Shown here: positions 46,134-59,750 of the stretch, piece after piece
Layout: each line of letters begins with the position of its first letter
Numbering within the stretch: position 1 is the first letter of the stretch
Assembly: GCA_964016885.1 (NCBI GenBank)
Contig: OZ024751.1
Location: 40,052,001 to 40,116,000, forward strand
Length of the DNA stretch: 64,000 nt
Direction: 5' to 3'
Source: Eledone cirrhosa
Taxonomy: Eukaryota
Made by a program: the position numbers and the translations under genes
The notes under the pieces: generated by a model
Database searches by the model: none
The model's input: only the letters and a program-made list of their open reading frames with translations
What the model was told of the DNA's origin: nothing

Positions 46134-48859
46134 ATAGTAGTATAACATAGCTATATTTTGATATAGTGATATAACATGGCTATATAATATAGTATCCGAT
46201 ACCCAAATGGCTAAATGTCAGCAGAAGGGCACCCAGGCATCATGACCTGGATACAGCCTGGTCCCCTAGAGTGTAACAAGTTGAGGGCCGAATTACTCAC
46301 TTGAGAGGGGTTTCTTCTTCGAAGACCTTCTGCTGTTCAACTCTTTTGAGAGTTTCTTACCATAGCTACTATTATATATGTAAGGACCAGTAATTTCTGG
46401 TGTGTTGTTGGATTATACAGCATTTATTGGGCATTTTAACTATATAGCTATATAATATACTATAGTTATATATGGTAATATAATATAACTATATAATATA
46501 AATAATATATAACTATATAATATAATAATATACGTCTAACCCATGCTAGCGTGGAAGATGGACGTTAAACGAAGATGATGATGATGATGACTATAGCTAT
46601 ATAATATAATAACTATATAATATAATTTAGCTATATAATATACTATAGCTATATAATATAATTTAGCTATATAATATTGCTCAGTCCATATAGTGAACCC
46701 ACGACCTTACTGTTGTGAGCCCTAAATCCTAACCACTAGGCTATGTACCTCACCATATGTCATCTTTAGACATTTAAAAGCAAATATTGACTAGATTAAA
46801 GCAATGTGATAAACCCTGAGAGCAACTAAATTCACAAAAAAAAAAAAAAACAATAATAATAATAAAATCCAGAAAGATTTCTACCTTCAACTTCATGGTA
46901 CTTAAAGTATTTTAATGAAGGTAATTTGGGGAGAAATTACAGGAAAATGTCAATGAATAAAAAAAAAAAAAAAAGGGAAGGTGTGTGTGTTTGTGAGAAG
47001 TGTAGAGTAAGTGTGCGTGATGTGTGTGTGTTTGATGTGGAGTGTGTGTGTGTGAAAGCTTTGAGGTACAGTTTCAAGGAATGCTTCTCAGTAGATATTT
47101 TGGCATTGAATTGTCACACACACACAGACACACATATATATATATATACATAAACATATACGTATACATAAACATTTTACATCTGTTGAGGCTAGACAAG
47201 GTCAGATGACCACATCTTGCTCACATGTTCTGTTTTAGAAAGATTTTCAAAGCCAATCACTTCATAGTGTGTATTGAGTGCATTTTATCATGTCACTAAC
47301 ATTACCACATACGTACATAATATATATGTATATACATAATTTATACATACATATGTGTACAGGATTGGGAATTTTAAAAAAAAAAGGGGGGGGGGCAAAC
47401 AAAATAAAATAAAAAACAAAACAAAAAGTGCCAAGTGCCCTAATTATATCAGAACTCCTTACCTGAGTTGTGTTATGAAATAATTCCAATTAAAAAATAT
47501 GATGATGATGATGATGATGAATAAAGTGATTAAATTATTAGTATAGTGAAAAGAAAACCTAACATAAGCAAGTGTGTCTTTTGTAAATGTTTTTGTAAAA
47601 ACATGGAGAGAAAAAGAGGGAGAGGTTTACTAAGTTTGTCTGAACAATTCTTTAACCCTTTCGAAACCAAAACCTGGCTGAAACTACATTTAGTCCTTCG
47701 GTGTAGACCTATTTCTTTTTAAATGTTTATCTAAAAAAAATCTATCATAATTGTAGGTAAGGATTTTTGTTAAGTTATGTTCCAAACATCAGTTTATTAA
47801 TGAGAAAATTAGTTACATTACTAAACCCTTCAATTCTTGTTTATTTTCAAAATTAATTTTAAAAATCAAGGCAGTGTTTTTCATGAGAAATATGGAAACA
47901 AAAGATTTGAAATGTTAGATTTATCTAAAAATCTTCCATCATAATTTTATGCCAAAACCTTTAAATTCTGTTTCAAACTCCAGCTTAATAATGAACATTT
48001 TAAAATTATTTTCAAGATGATTTAAAAATTACAAGTGGTGTCTCATGAAATATAGAAACAAAAGGGGGTAAGATTTATTATATAACATCAGACAGTCTAA
48101 AGCTAAAATCTTTCAGCAGTATTTTTTTAACATTGATTTATTTTTTACTCTTGGTTTCCAAATAATAGGGGAGAGTGAGGGGTCGGAAAATCGGTAATTT
48201 TTCTAGGTTGTCTCCGTTGATTTATTTTAAAAACCAGAATTAGTCGTTTAGTTTACATATTGAGACACTCCCCCATCCCAACCCATCCTATTTATTTTAT
48301 AACATGGGATTTCTAGTAATGTACTTTTTTTGTCATTCCGCTGGAGATATATTAGCAAAATTTAATAAGCATGTGCATGGGGGACGATTATTTGAGACCC
48401 AAGAATAGAGGGTATAAGTTGATTGGTTTGATCTATAAGGGTTTGTGGATTTAATTTATTTTTACTTGGTAGGTCTGGAGGAAGAGGCAGTGCAGTGTCC
48501 ATTGAACTCACAAGAAAATAAATGAAAGCAAAATAAATCGAAAACATTCTGAAAAAAAAAAAATCGATATAACTAAAAATAAAAGCATTATGTATGTTTT
48601 TAAAAAAAAAAATAATAATCAAAATGTTACAAAAGAAAAAGAAATAAAATACAAAATTAGAATATTTTTTAATTAAAAAAAGTTGTAAAGGTATGATAAG
48701 ATTTTATGTATAAAATGAGGAGGAATTCAGAGAAAAAAATAAGATGTGTCAAAGAAATTATAGGATTGGGGGACATTTCAGTGAGATTCAAAGACCAATG
48801 TCTGGAAATTTGAGAATGTGAGAGTCCCCAAACACATAATATAATTCAGTCTGCAACCC

Positions 48860-49775
48860 CTATCTTACTCAGAATATTGATCTCCTGGAAACTGTTCAGA
48901 GATGTGTGACCAAATGAATACCCTCCATCAGGCATCTACCATACTCTGAACGTCTTGCTTCCCTGGACATGGATACATTAAAGCTCTGACATCTGGCAAC
49001 TGACTTGATAGACACCCACAAGATTATTAACCATCTTTCCAACAACCCTGAGCACCTTTTTGAATTCCATAAGTCTAACACCAGTGAACATGCTTATAAA
49101 ATCAGAAAACAGGACAGCTCCCATGACTTTCGGAAACACTTTTTCACGCTCAGAGTTGCTTAAGCATAGAACAAACTACCTGCATCAGTTGTTAGCTGTC
49201 GGGACATTGCATCTTTCAAAACTTCCATAGAACAAACTACCTGCATCAGTTGTTAGCTGTCGGGACATTGCATCTTTCAAAACTTCCATAGAACAAACTA
49301 CCTGCATCAGTTGTTAGCTGTCGAGACATTGCATCTTTCAAAACTTCCATAGAACAAACTACCTGCATCAGTTGTTAGCTGTCGGGACATTGCATCTTGC
49401 AAAACTTCCATAGAACAAACTACCTGCATCAGTTGTTAGCTGTCGGGACATTGCACCTTTCAAAACTTCCATAGAACAAACTACCTGCATCAGTTGTTAG
49501 CTGTCGGGACATTGCATCCTTCAACACTTCCATAGAACAAACTACCTGCATCAGTTGTTAGTTGTCGGGACATTGCATCTTTCAAAACTTCCATGCTTCC
49601 CGAAATTCGCCCTCCACACACACACACGCGCACGTGTATATGTATGTTTATATATCATGACTCATGCACTGTTCATTTTCCTGACATTTGTACATTATTC
49701 TATGTACTATACATGCATCTTTGATGAGTTGTAGTGCACCTGAGCACTGTACACAATAATTTTCATTATTATTGT
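48860..49775 (+). mobile_element. CR1-like LINE 3' fragment with a 61-bp x7 internal tandem repeat
   Basis: LETVQRCVTK*IPSIRHLPYSERLASLDMDTLKL*HLATDLIDTHKII...FFTLRV; 3' UTR ending CACTGTACACAATAATTTC(ATT)n. Confidence 0.85.
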
Positions 49776-50373
49776 TATTTATAACTGTCGATTACCATAG
49801 ATAATAGCTGATAACATTGAGTAAACTACCTTTAGAGATGGGGGGGGGGGGAAAGGTAATTTACCCAATTTTCTCAACTGTAATCTATAGTGATTAACTG
49901 GTTTTACAGATATCTTCTACGTTTGGGACTCTCACATTTCAAACTCCCAGCGTTTTGATAATTCATAAGATTTGAACACAAGTATCTGTTTTCCAAAGTA
50001 TAAAAACTGACCGTCAATTCAAGGACTTAATTGTTATATAATAATAACCAAAAGCATTAATGTTTCAACATAGTGGGTCCCTAGCTCGGGTCCACAGACC
50101 TCTAGAGGGTTAGCAAAGGTAATATCTGGGGTGGGGTGGGGGATTATGTGAGTTCAAAATTACCAAAGTCATCATTATTATTGTTTTGACATTTGCTTTC
50201 TCCATGCCTGCATGGGTTGGATGAGACTTTTTGAAGCAGGTTTTCTATAGCTGGATGCCCTTCTTAATGCTAGCCCATACCTGTATAAGTTGGACTGCTG
50301 CACTGCAGAATATAGTAATGAGGGACATAAACAATGTCACCACTGGTGTAGAAATGACATTTGTAGTAACAGG

Positions 50374-50421
<48 letters not shown>

Positions 50422-50504
50422 TATAGTGAAAAATGGAACGGGAACAAAACAGAGAGGCAGTACAAACAAAGGTTTATTAGTTTCACGCTCGAGGGTGGGG
50501 GGGG

Positions 50505-50532
50505 GACGTTTCGGGCATAAGCCCTTCTTCAG
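50505..50532 (-). ncRNA. Minimal hammerhead core, stem I disrupted
   Basis: Minus strand CTGAAGA A GGGC-TTAT-GCCC GAAA CG TC; paralog at 13278-13309 (+) shares the GCGTGAAACTAATAA flank. Confidence 0.5.
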
Positions 50533-50935
50533 GCGAAAAGTGGGTGGAAGAGAGTTCCGAGGGTGTGTAGGGGAGTGGAGGAGAGACATTTAGAAAAAAG
50601 GGGGTGAGAGGAAAGGGAGGAAAAACGGTGGAAGGGGTACAAATAAAAATAAAAAAATAAAAATAAACATGAAGATAAACAAGTGGTGGAAGGGTGTAGG
50701 GGTGGTATCGGGTGGAGTGGGGAGAGGGAGGTGGGGGTGTACACACACACAAATATATATATATATACACACGCATACATACGAATATATATGCATATAT
50801 TATATTCTTTATATATGTTCATACACGGAACAAAGGTGCCACCCAAGATTTCAAGGCCTAAATTTGATCATACCTCCAGAAAACAAGAGACACATCAAAA
50901 TAGTGACCTTTCTTCAGGTGCTAATACGATATATT

Positions 50936-50972
<37 letters not shown>

Positions 50973-51688
50973 TCATTCATTTTGCATTCATTTCATTTTA
51001 CGTCCGCTTTTTCCCTGCTTGCAAGGGTGGGATGGGAACTGGTTCTGGCTTGATTTCTACAGCTGGATGCCCTTCCTAACACCAACCTCATTTACAGTGA
51101 GTGCTGGGTGCTTTTTTTGCCGTGGCACCTCCACGACCACTTTGTAGTGGAATGATATGGACCCCAGTCCTATCATCTCATTTCTACAGCTGAGTAAACT
51201 GGAGCAATGTGAAATAAAGTGTCTTGCTCAAGGAAACAACACATTACCCGGTCTGAGAATTGAACTCACAACCTTTCGATTGCAAGCCCAATGCTCTAAC
51301 CACTAAGCCATGTGCCATATATACACACATACGCACATACATACATACATACACACACACACGATTGGCCTCTTTTCAGTTTCTGCCCACCAAATTCACT
51401 CAAAAAGCAGTTTTATATACATATGTACACAATATATGGTATCTATTCTTCTCTCTAGACATTTCTCTCTTCTGTAGTTCTGTAGAACAATGTTGGAAAT
51501 GGGTGGGGAGTATTGTAGTAGAGGATTTGTGGGAAAATATATTTGAATAAAAGATGTCTTTGGCAATGAAAACGTTTTGAACCACTGCTTTAAAAGAGTG
51601 TAGCATAATTATATTTGATAAATTATATTTATATTTTTAACTGTTGATCAATCAATGATAAACATTGATTGCCAGCTTAATTATTTAA

Positions 51689-51908
51689 CCCTTTAGCATT
51701 TACATTACTCTATATATACTATTGTATTTTTGTGGTAAATGCTTTATCTTCATAATTATCTCACATAATATCAATTTTACAAGATTTTGATGTTATTTAT
51801 TTTGAGAACAATACCTTAACATCAGTATGAGTGGCCAGTTATTGCAGATTTGGACAGAAAGAGATGAGAGAATTCTGGCCGGATACGGCCAGTTTAAATG
51901 CTAAAGGG
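51689..51908. mobile_element. piggyBac-type MITE; copies at 22154-22361, 40688-40829, 45861-46066
   Basis: TTAA target duplication on both sides; TIR CCCTTTAGCATT...AATGCTAAAGGG. Confidence 0.85.
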
Positions 51909-52489
51909 TTAAATAAATATACTGAAGTGAAAACTAAACCAAACAGTGAGTGTGTTTTACTATTTTTTGGCAATATTAGGATAACATGACCCTCCCAAAA
52001 TATTACATATCTGTTTCAACACACGATTTCACATGAAAAAACTTGCAAAACAAATACATTGCCACCACTGTATAATGATTCTTTTGTCACCTTCATTAAA
52101 GACACAAACTAAAACTGAAATAATATTGTCACGTAATTCAGTTCCAATCAGCAGCTTTAATGTTCAAATTAATTCTAGTAATTATAATAAGCAAGGCAGC
52201 ACAGGTATGGAAAACAAAAAAACAAACATATATGTGCGTGTGTGTGTATAAATATATGTGTGTGTGTATGTGTATATATATATATATTAATTAGAGTGTG
52301 TTATTTTATCACCAACACTTTAATATGCAAGGTAGAGTACTCAACGAGGTACACAAGTGTGTCTGTTTACTCCGGAGTATATTTGTAATTCATTTTGTTT
52401 ATTCATAATCGCTGTTATATATATTTCGAAATATATATAACAGCAATTATGAATAAACGAAGTGAATTATAACCTGTTGACTTGTACTT

Positions 52490-52542
<53 letters not shown>

Positions 52543-52827
52543 CTACAACAACATGGCTACACTGCAGACTTCTTAACCACACGGCCATACCTGCATCCAA
52601 AGCCATAACTTCTTATATAAAGAGAAATTGAAATCTAGGTAATTAAGAGAATTTTGCAATTGAAAAGATTTCAAATTTAAGAACAAATGCAATTAAAATA
52701 GCTTTTTTTTTTATTGTAAAATATCGTTAGAGAATTTAATTATATAAATAAAACCACTCATTATCTCTCATATTTATATATATAATATAAAAAAATGAAA
52801 AATCAGTGATGCATCTAGACTCAGTTT

Positions 52828-52926
52828 ATTGCGTGTTACAATTGTTTCGCCGCAGATAGCTTGAGACATGATCATTGTATGGATCTGCCTGATTCTATAA
52901 CTGCGGGTTCTTCGGACACATGCAAT
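52828..52926 (-). ncRNA. Hammerhead-like motif with long stem II and CCGAAGA core
   Basis: Minus strand ATTGC-AT-GTGT CCGAAGA [CCGCAG...CTGCGG] GAAA CAATTG TA ACAC-GCAAT. Confidence 0.55.
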
Positions 52927-53490
52927 GCTTTCCGAAAGCATTGCATGTGTCCGAAGAACTCACAGTTATAGAAAATTGTTAGCTGCCGAGACACTGCATC
53001 CTTTAAGACACTCATGCTTCCCGAAATACGCCAAAACTACACCTGATGTACCCCTTCCATGCACATGCACACGTGTGTATCATGACTCGTGCACTGTTCA
53101 TTTTACTGATGTTTGTGCATTGCCCTATGTACTGTACATGCACTTTTTTGATGAGTTGTGGTGCACCTGGGCACTGTACACAATATTTCATTATTGTTAT
53201 TGTTATTATATCATGACTCGTACACTGTTCATTTTCCTGACATTTGTACATTATTCTATGTACTATACATGCACCTTTGATGAGTTGTAGTGCACCTGAG
53301 CACTGTACACAATAATTTCATTATTATTATTATTATTATTTAAACAATTGTAACACGCAATAAACTGAGTCTAGATGCATCACTGATTTTTCGTTTTTTT
53401 TATATTATATCACACTCTGCTCTGTAAGAACATAGAGTGCTCAACTGGTATACCGCCTATGGAAGCACCATAGCTACCATTAAACACACG

Positions 53491-53521
<31 letters not shown>

Positions 53522-53884
53522 GACATATACATAACCTTTATATATACAGGCATCTTTCTGACTATGTATATGTGTGAGTGTATATATATATATAATTTAC
53601 AGCACACTTCTTAAAATTTCAGCAGTCACTTGACCTGCTGGAAAGACCAGTTAAATCACCTCTTGTATTGAGCTCCTACAGTTTTTTTTTTAAAGTAAGG
53701 ACATGTTAAATGAATAAATGTGAGGGTCATGGCTGGAATGCTTTCCATCATAGGTCTGCTTGATCATGACTGTCTTGGGAGGTTTGGGCCAGGCTAAATG
53801 ATGTGAACCACCAACCAAAAAGTGATATAAATTGATATTTGAAATGACATTCTATCTAGGGTTGATATATACACACACAGACAC

Positions 53885-53915
<31 letters not shown>

Positions 53916-55619
53916 ATATATGTATATATATATATAATGTTTATATATATATATATATTTATATATATACACACAATATATGTATATATATAATGTTTAT
54001 ATATATATATATATAATATAAAGACAGTAAATTGTGTGTTTAGAATTACATACATATATATATATATATATACACATAATATATGTATATATATAATGTT
54101 TATATATATACACACAATATATGTATATATATAATGTTTATATATATATATATCAATATATATATATATAATATAAAGACAGTAAATTGTGTGTTTAGAA
54201 TTACATATATATATATATATGTGTGTGAGTGCAAATGTGGAAAAATGGACATAAAAATGCTTATGATGTATGTATGCATATATATATATATAGACACACA
54301 CAGATACATACATATATATATATATATTTCCTCATACCAATTTGTATTTTTTATCTGATCTGATTCATGTGTTTATCTTCTGTCGGAGAGTCTTTCCATT
54401 GAATATAGATTAAAATTTTGACCTAATGATGGAGACGAAGAAATAAGTAGATGAGCCTTCACAGGTGTCAATGATGAGTGTTTCTGTTGACTGATCAACA
54501 GGTCTGCTTCTTAAATTACTGCGTAACAACATGGATCAACATTCCACAGACATTTGTGCCATTAACACTACCCTCAGGGAGAGTCGGCATGACATTGAAT
54601 AAACAGGTACAGGTTCGTACGGCTTATGGCTTTCAAACAAGTTTCTAACTCTGTTCCTTTTTGTCTTAACCAATTATTTCACTCACAAAGTTTGGCTCAA
54701 CCCGAAGCTATGGCAAAAGTCACTTTCCCAACACGTTATGTAGTAGGACTGAAACTGTAACCTAATGATTGTGAAACAAGCTTGTTTACCATTCGGCCAT
54801 TCACGGCAGGGTGGGAGAGGAAGTAATGATAGAGATAAGGAACAAATATATGACTGAATACAGTGCAGGTGGTGCTGAAAGGATAAAGTAAAGGATTAAA
54901 AAAAAAAGAAGGAAATTATAAAGATGTGACCCTCTGGGCCTTAGTTTACAATGATATAAAATATTGTTGTTGTTGAAGTTGAAGTCACTGTTAGAAGAGA
55001 AGCAGTAAGAACAGTTTCTTCAACATCAAACAACATCAGCAGCAATAATGATAATAATAATTGTTTCAGATTTAGGCACAAGGCCAGCAATTTGAAGGGA
55101 AGGGGGAAAGTCGATTTAACCGACCCCAGTGCATTACTGGTGCTTTATCTTATCGACCCCATAAGGATGAAAGGCAAAGTTAACCTCGGCGGGATTTGAA
55201 CTCAGAACGCAAAGGGCCGTAACTCTGTGCTGCAAAGCATGGCGTCTGAACCTCTACCGATACTGCCAATCCACAGCCCTAATAATAATAATAATAATAA
55301 TAATAATGTTAGCTGTCAGGTGAGTTGTAGAGCTTGTAATAATAATTATTTCTAATTTAGGCACAAGGCCAGCAATTTTCAGAGGAGGGGCAAGGGGGAA
55401 ATCGATTACATCGACCCCAGTATGTGTCTGGTACTTTATTTTATCCACCCCAAGAAGGACGAAAGGCAAAGTTGACCTTGATGGGATTTTAACTTGGAAC
55501 GAAAAAAAAAAGTCGTTACTAAATACCACAAAGTATTTTGTCCAACGCTCTACCAATTCTGCCAATCCACTGCCCTTAGAAATAATAATCACATGTTAAC
55601 TGTCAGATGAGTTGTAGAG

Positions 55620-55652
<33 letters not shown>

Positions 55653-55845
55653 GAATTAGTGGTGGTGGTGGGGTGGGGGGGTATTTTTAAGTAGTTTTGC
55701 TGAATGTTAAGTTAACAGTCACTCTCATCATTTCACAAGTTTGAGAGGGAAACTGAAGAGGTGGAGGTGAAAGCCCATGAAAGGAACTGTCGGAGGAGAG
55801 AGAGAGAGAGAGATGGTGATGGTTGATTCAATGATGACGTCATTG

Positions 55846-55965
55846 TCATGTTTTCAGCACCACCTGTAGGTCAGCTGGTAAGGAGCAGATGATGGTGTCG
55901 ACATGTTGGTGGAGTTTCACAACACAGTTCCGATCAACGGCTGATTGATTGTTGGCAGCAAATGT
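55846..55965 (-). CDS. DENND6: DENND6 terminal coding exon
   Basis: TFAANNQSAVDRNCVVKLHQHVDTIICSLPADLQVVLKT*, matching the DENND6 C-terminus 'KL..HID.II..LPEDLQ.IL.KT'. Confidence 0.93.
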   Translation of the reverse strand, partial: TFAANNQSAVDRNCVVKLHQHVDTIICSLPADLQVVLKT

Positions 55966-56562
55966 CTACAAAAGAAATAAAATCATAATAATAATAACAA
56001 TAATGGCTTACACAATAGGCACAAGGCCAGCAATTTTGAAAGGGAGGGGAAGTCAATTAAATCGACCCCAGTACATTACTGGTACTTTAGCAACGCCGTA
56101 AGAATGAAAGGCAAAGCTAACCTCAGCGAGTCACGACACCTACACAACCACTTTACGGTGTGGGCTGAGTGCTTTTTGTCATGACACTTAAGTTCACCAT
56201 AACGAGTGCTCTACCACTACGGATATTACCTCCCAGCGTTCTACCTTTATATATATATTCCCATCCCACCCTTGCAAGCAAGGAAAAAGCGGACGTAAAA
56301 TGAAAAAAAAAATATATATATATATAGTAATAATAATAAAAGTGAAGACTAAAATCCAAAGAGGGCTCGATAGGATAAATATATATCAAATATATAAGAA
56401 CCCTAGAGCAAATATTTATTAAAATAACAGATTAAAGTTTAAGCAAAGAATCGCTGCTTTTACCCTTAACGGGATCTTCTGAAACTGAAGATTCAGAAGA
56501 TCCTGTTAAGGGTGAAAGCAGCGATTCTTTGCTTAAACTTTAATCTGTTATTTTAATAAATT

Positions 56563-56631
<69 letters not shown>

Positions 56632-56708
56632 GATCTGGTAAAGAAAGTTCCACACAAACAAAACAAAACAGCACAGAATAATGATAGAAAAGGAAAACAT
56701 AAACTTAC

Positions 56709-56783
56709 CAATTTTTCTCGCAACCTCAGAATTAAATCAACTATCTCAACTTCTTCTTTGTCTCGTATCCAGTCTTGGATATC
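56709..56783 (-). CDS. DENND6: DENND6 exon
   Basis: DIQDWIRDKEEVEIVDLILRLREKL; TTGTAG acceptor, GTAAGT donor. Confidence 0.94.
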
Positions 56784-57270
56784 CTACAAATAATTCATAA
56801 GACAATCATTGACAGCAATGGCAGTTTTTTAAAGATACAGTCTTTATGTTTATTAACAAAGATTCTTGTATTCTTTTACTATCTTCAGTTGTTGGGGCTG
56901 TGGAACAGTAAAAAGGTTATATATAGTTATATAGTTGTTATATTTAGTTATATAGTAGTTATATATATATTCTTAGTATTACACTCTGCTTAGTACAACA
57001 CCAATATACCTACTGGAAAGTACGTATTGAGTGCTCACTTTGGTGAACCTACAGTAACTGGATGTTACTATCCCAAAACTATATATATATATATATATAT
57101 ATATATCCAGGGAGTGTATATAATATTAATGTCTGCTTGACATAGAGGGCTCATTTTCTTTTATCCTTTCTAAGGAAACCCTCGACTCTAAATATATATA
57201 CTATCCAGGAAAAACTTGAACCTTTAAGATCTCCTTCCTGGATATGTCAATATTTATAAAACAAACTTTG

Positions 57271-57331
57271 TATTTTATCTGATGAGAGCGTCCCAAAGTT
57301 TTGGTACCCTTGAAATATATATAATAGAATA
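57271..57331 (+). ncRNA. Hammerhead ribozyme motif, same family as 12615
   Basis: Stem I TATTTTAT/ATAGAATA; CTGATGA; stem II with 2 mismatches; GAAA-TATATA-TA; downstream flank shared with the 12615 copy. Confidence 0.62.
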
Positions 57332-57465
57332 AATATGGTTTTATAAATATAGTTTCCATTTATTAATATCATTGATATTATACTCCAGAAAACCTGTTGA
57401 GTGCTTCGAATCTGTTATAAATATATTTATTTGTTGAATTACCAACAAATTAAATATCCCTTTTG

Positions 57466-57500
<35 letters not shown>

Positions 57501-58007
57501 AAGTGAGTCCTTCATCAGTGACCCTCCAACCGTCCCAGGCATTTCATCGCTTTAAGGGCCATATACCTCAGGTTGGTGCGAACAACGGCTAAAAAAAGTC
57601 GTTGGGACACGTAATTAAAGGGGACGTTAGGGTAACAAACAAAATGGTATATATCATCATCATCATCATCAACGTTTAACGTCCCGTGTTCCACGCTTGC
57701 ATGGGTTTGGACGGGGGTAGTCCCACTTGGGGCAAGAGTGATTGTCTTGCTCGCATAGGACTGTCTGGCAGGTTTTCTACAGTTGGATGCCCTTCCTAAC
57801 ACCAACCACATTTACAGTGTGGGTCTGGGAGGTTTTTACCGTGTTGCCTACACGGCCACATTACAGCGTGGACTGTGTGTTTTTTTGTCGTGACACCTAC
57901 ACGATCTCATTTGTTTCGGCCTGGATGGCACGGCACCAACATAACTTTACATAGAACGGGGTGGTGTGGATGGGGTGGGGGCGGTGGTGGTGGGACGGGG
58001 GGTATTT

Positions 58008-58070
<63 letters not shown>

Positions 58071-58072
<2 letters not shown>

Positions 58073-58370
58073 AGGCACATGGCTTAGTGGTTAGAGCATT
58101 GGCCTTGCAATCGAAAGGTTGTGAGTTCAATTCTCAGACCGGGTGATGTGTTGTTTCCTTGAGCAACACACTTTATTTCACATTGCTCCAGTTTACTCAG
58201 CTGTAGAAATGAGATGATAGGGACTGGGTTCCCTATCATTCCACTGCAAAGTGGTCGTGGAGGTGCCACGGCAAAAAAGCACCCAGCACTCACTGTAAAT
58301 GAGGTTGGTGTTAGGAAGAGCATCCAGCTGTAGGGAAAAGGGGACGTAAAATGATGAAAATGATGATGAT
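58071..58370 (+). mobile_element. tRNA-derived SINE family A; copies at 26675-27013 (+), 35267-35760 (+), 50975-51317 (-)
   Basis: A box TGGCTTAGTGG, B box GAGTTCAATTC, shared central domain and RTE-type GGACGTAAAATGA tail. Confidence 0.85.
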
Positions 58371-58464
58371 ATATATATATATATATATAGCCGTGTTTCC
58401 AGTTTAGAATAGGTCCACTGTAACCCTGTGTGTCATAAGAAGCAACTAAAATACTAATACTTAC

Positions 58465-58567
58465 CACATTACTTAAGGCCTCCATATGTAAAACTTGCAG
58501 TTTCTGATTGACTTCATGTTGTCTGTGTCGATACCAGCCTTCAAAGTTGGCAGACTGGAAGAAACGT
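58465..58567 (-). CDS. DENND6: DENND6 exon
   Basis: RFFQSANFEGWYRHRQHEVNQKLQVLHMEALSNV; CCCCAG acceptor, GTAAGT donor. Confidence 0.95.
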
Positions 58568-58930
58568 CTGGGGAAGAAGAAGAAAATATTTAATTTATGC
58601 ACAAGGTGGTGAGTAATTGAGGGGGTGGGAGTGAATAAACTGACCCCAGTATATGGCTGGTACTTTATTTTATCAACCCTCCCTTGGAAGGAAAGCCAAG
58701 TTGACTTTGGCAGGATTTGAACTCAGAATATAAAAAAGTTCAAATGAATACTGCAATAATAGTTTCTAACTTAGACACATCAATCTTCCTTGATACCAGA
58801 AATTACCTGGGGGGGTCAAGAAATACTAAAGAAATACTTGTATAAAACTTCCCAATCTCCCGTGATACCAGAGATTAACTGAGGTCCAAATTATCTTTTA
58901 TTTTAACCTGACAGTCAAAGAAATACTTAC

Positions 58931-59040
58931 TTGTATAAACCTTCCCAATCTCCCTTGATACCAGAAGTTAACTGGGGCCCAGATTGCTCTACTGTTTTCA
59001 AAAACTCATTGGCATCGAATGGCCGTAACCTAGGTGGAGC
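58931..59040 (-). CDS. DENND6: DENND6 exon
   Basis: [36 protein letters not shown]; TAACAG acceptor, GTAAGT donor. Confidence 0.95.
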
Positions 59041-59442
59041 CTGTTAAGTAGAAACCACATTTGAGACATTTCTTTATTGAAGATCACTGAACTGAATATA
59101 AGGAATAACAAACAAATCAATGTTAAATACACGTATATGAATGCATCACATTAAAAAGTCTAGCTTACAGCATATTTTCACAATAATCTCTCCACTAATA
59201 AAAGCACTATAAACATTTGAATCAACAAACAAGTTTTTAGATATTTAATGTTAAGTCATTACAAGATGTTAAAACAAAACACTGCAATTTTTCACCATGA
59301 TCTGTTCACTAGTAAAGACACTACAAACATTTGAATCAACAAACAAGTTTTTAGGTATTTTATGTTAAATCATTATATAGAGTTAAAATATCAGAGAATT
59401 ATGGTCTAAGATTTTATAAGTCCAAATTCCACAAAACCTTAC

Positions 59443-59496
59443 CTTGTGAGGTGAGATGTTTCTTTGTAGTGGCATCAAACTGGCCATGTGTCGCTC
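59443..59496 (-). CDS. DENND6: DENND6 exon
   Basis: ERHMASLMPLQRNISPHK; TTCTAG acceptor, GTAAGG donor. Confidence 0.95.
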
Positions 59497-59660
59497 CTAG
59501 AAATGGTAGAACAAAATATTAATATTTCTACATACAAATATTTCTGTCTAAGCATGTAAAAATATTAATACAATGGTAATACAAAACAAGATATATAATG
59601 AAAAACAGAAAGATATCAAAAATTTAACAAAGGGACAGAAATAGTAAAGAAATAACTTAC

Positions 59661-59750
59661 TAATGGAATCATGAAACTCTGTGTGAGCTCTAGAAAATAT
59701 CGGCGTAACATTGCATTCTGAACTTCCACAGGTCTTTTAGTTTGTGCCCC
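59661..59750 (-). CDS. DENND6: DENND6 exon
   Basis: [30 protein letters not shown], near-identical to the DENND6 '[16 protein letters not shown]' motif; GTAAGT donor. Confidence 0.96.
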
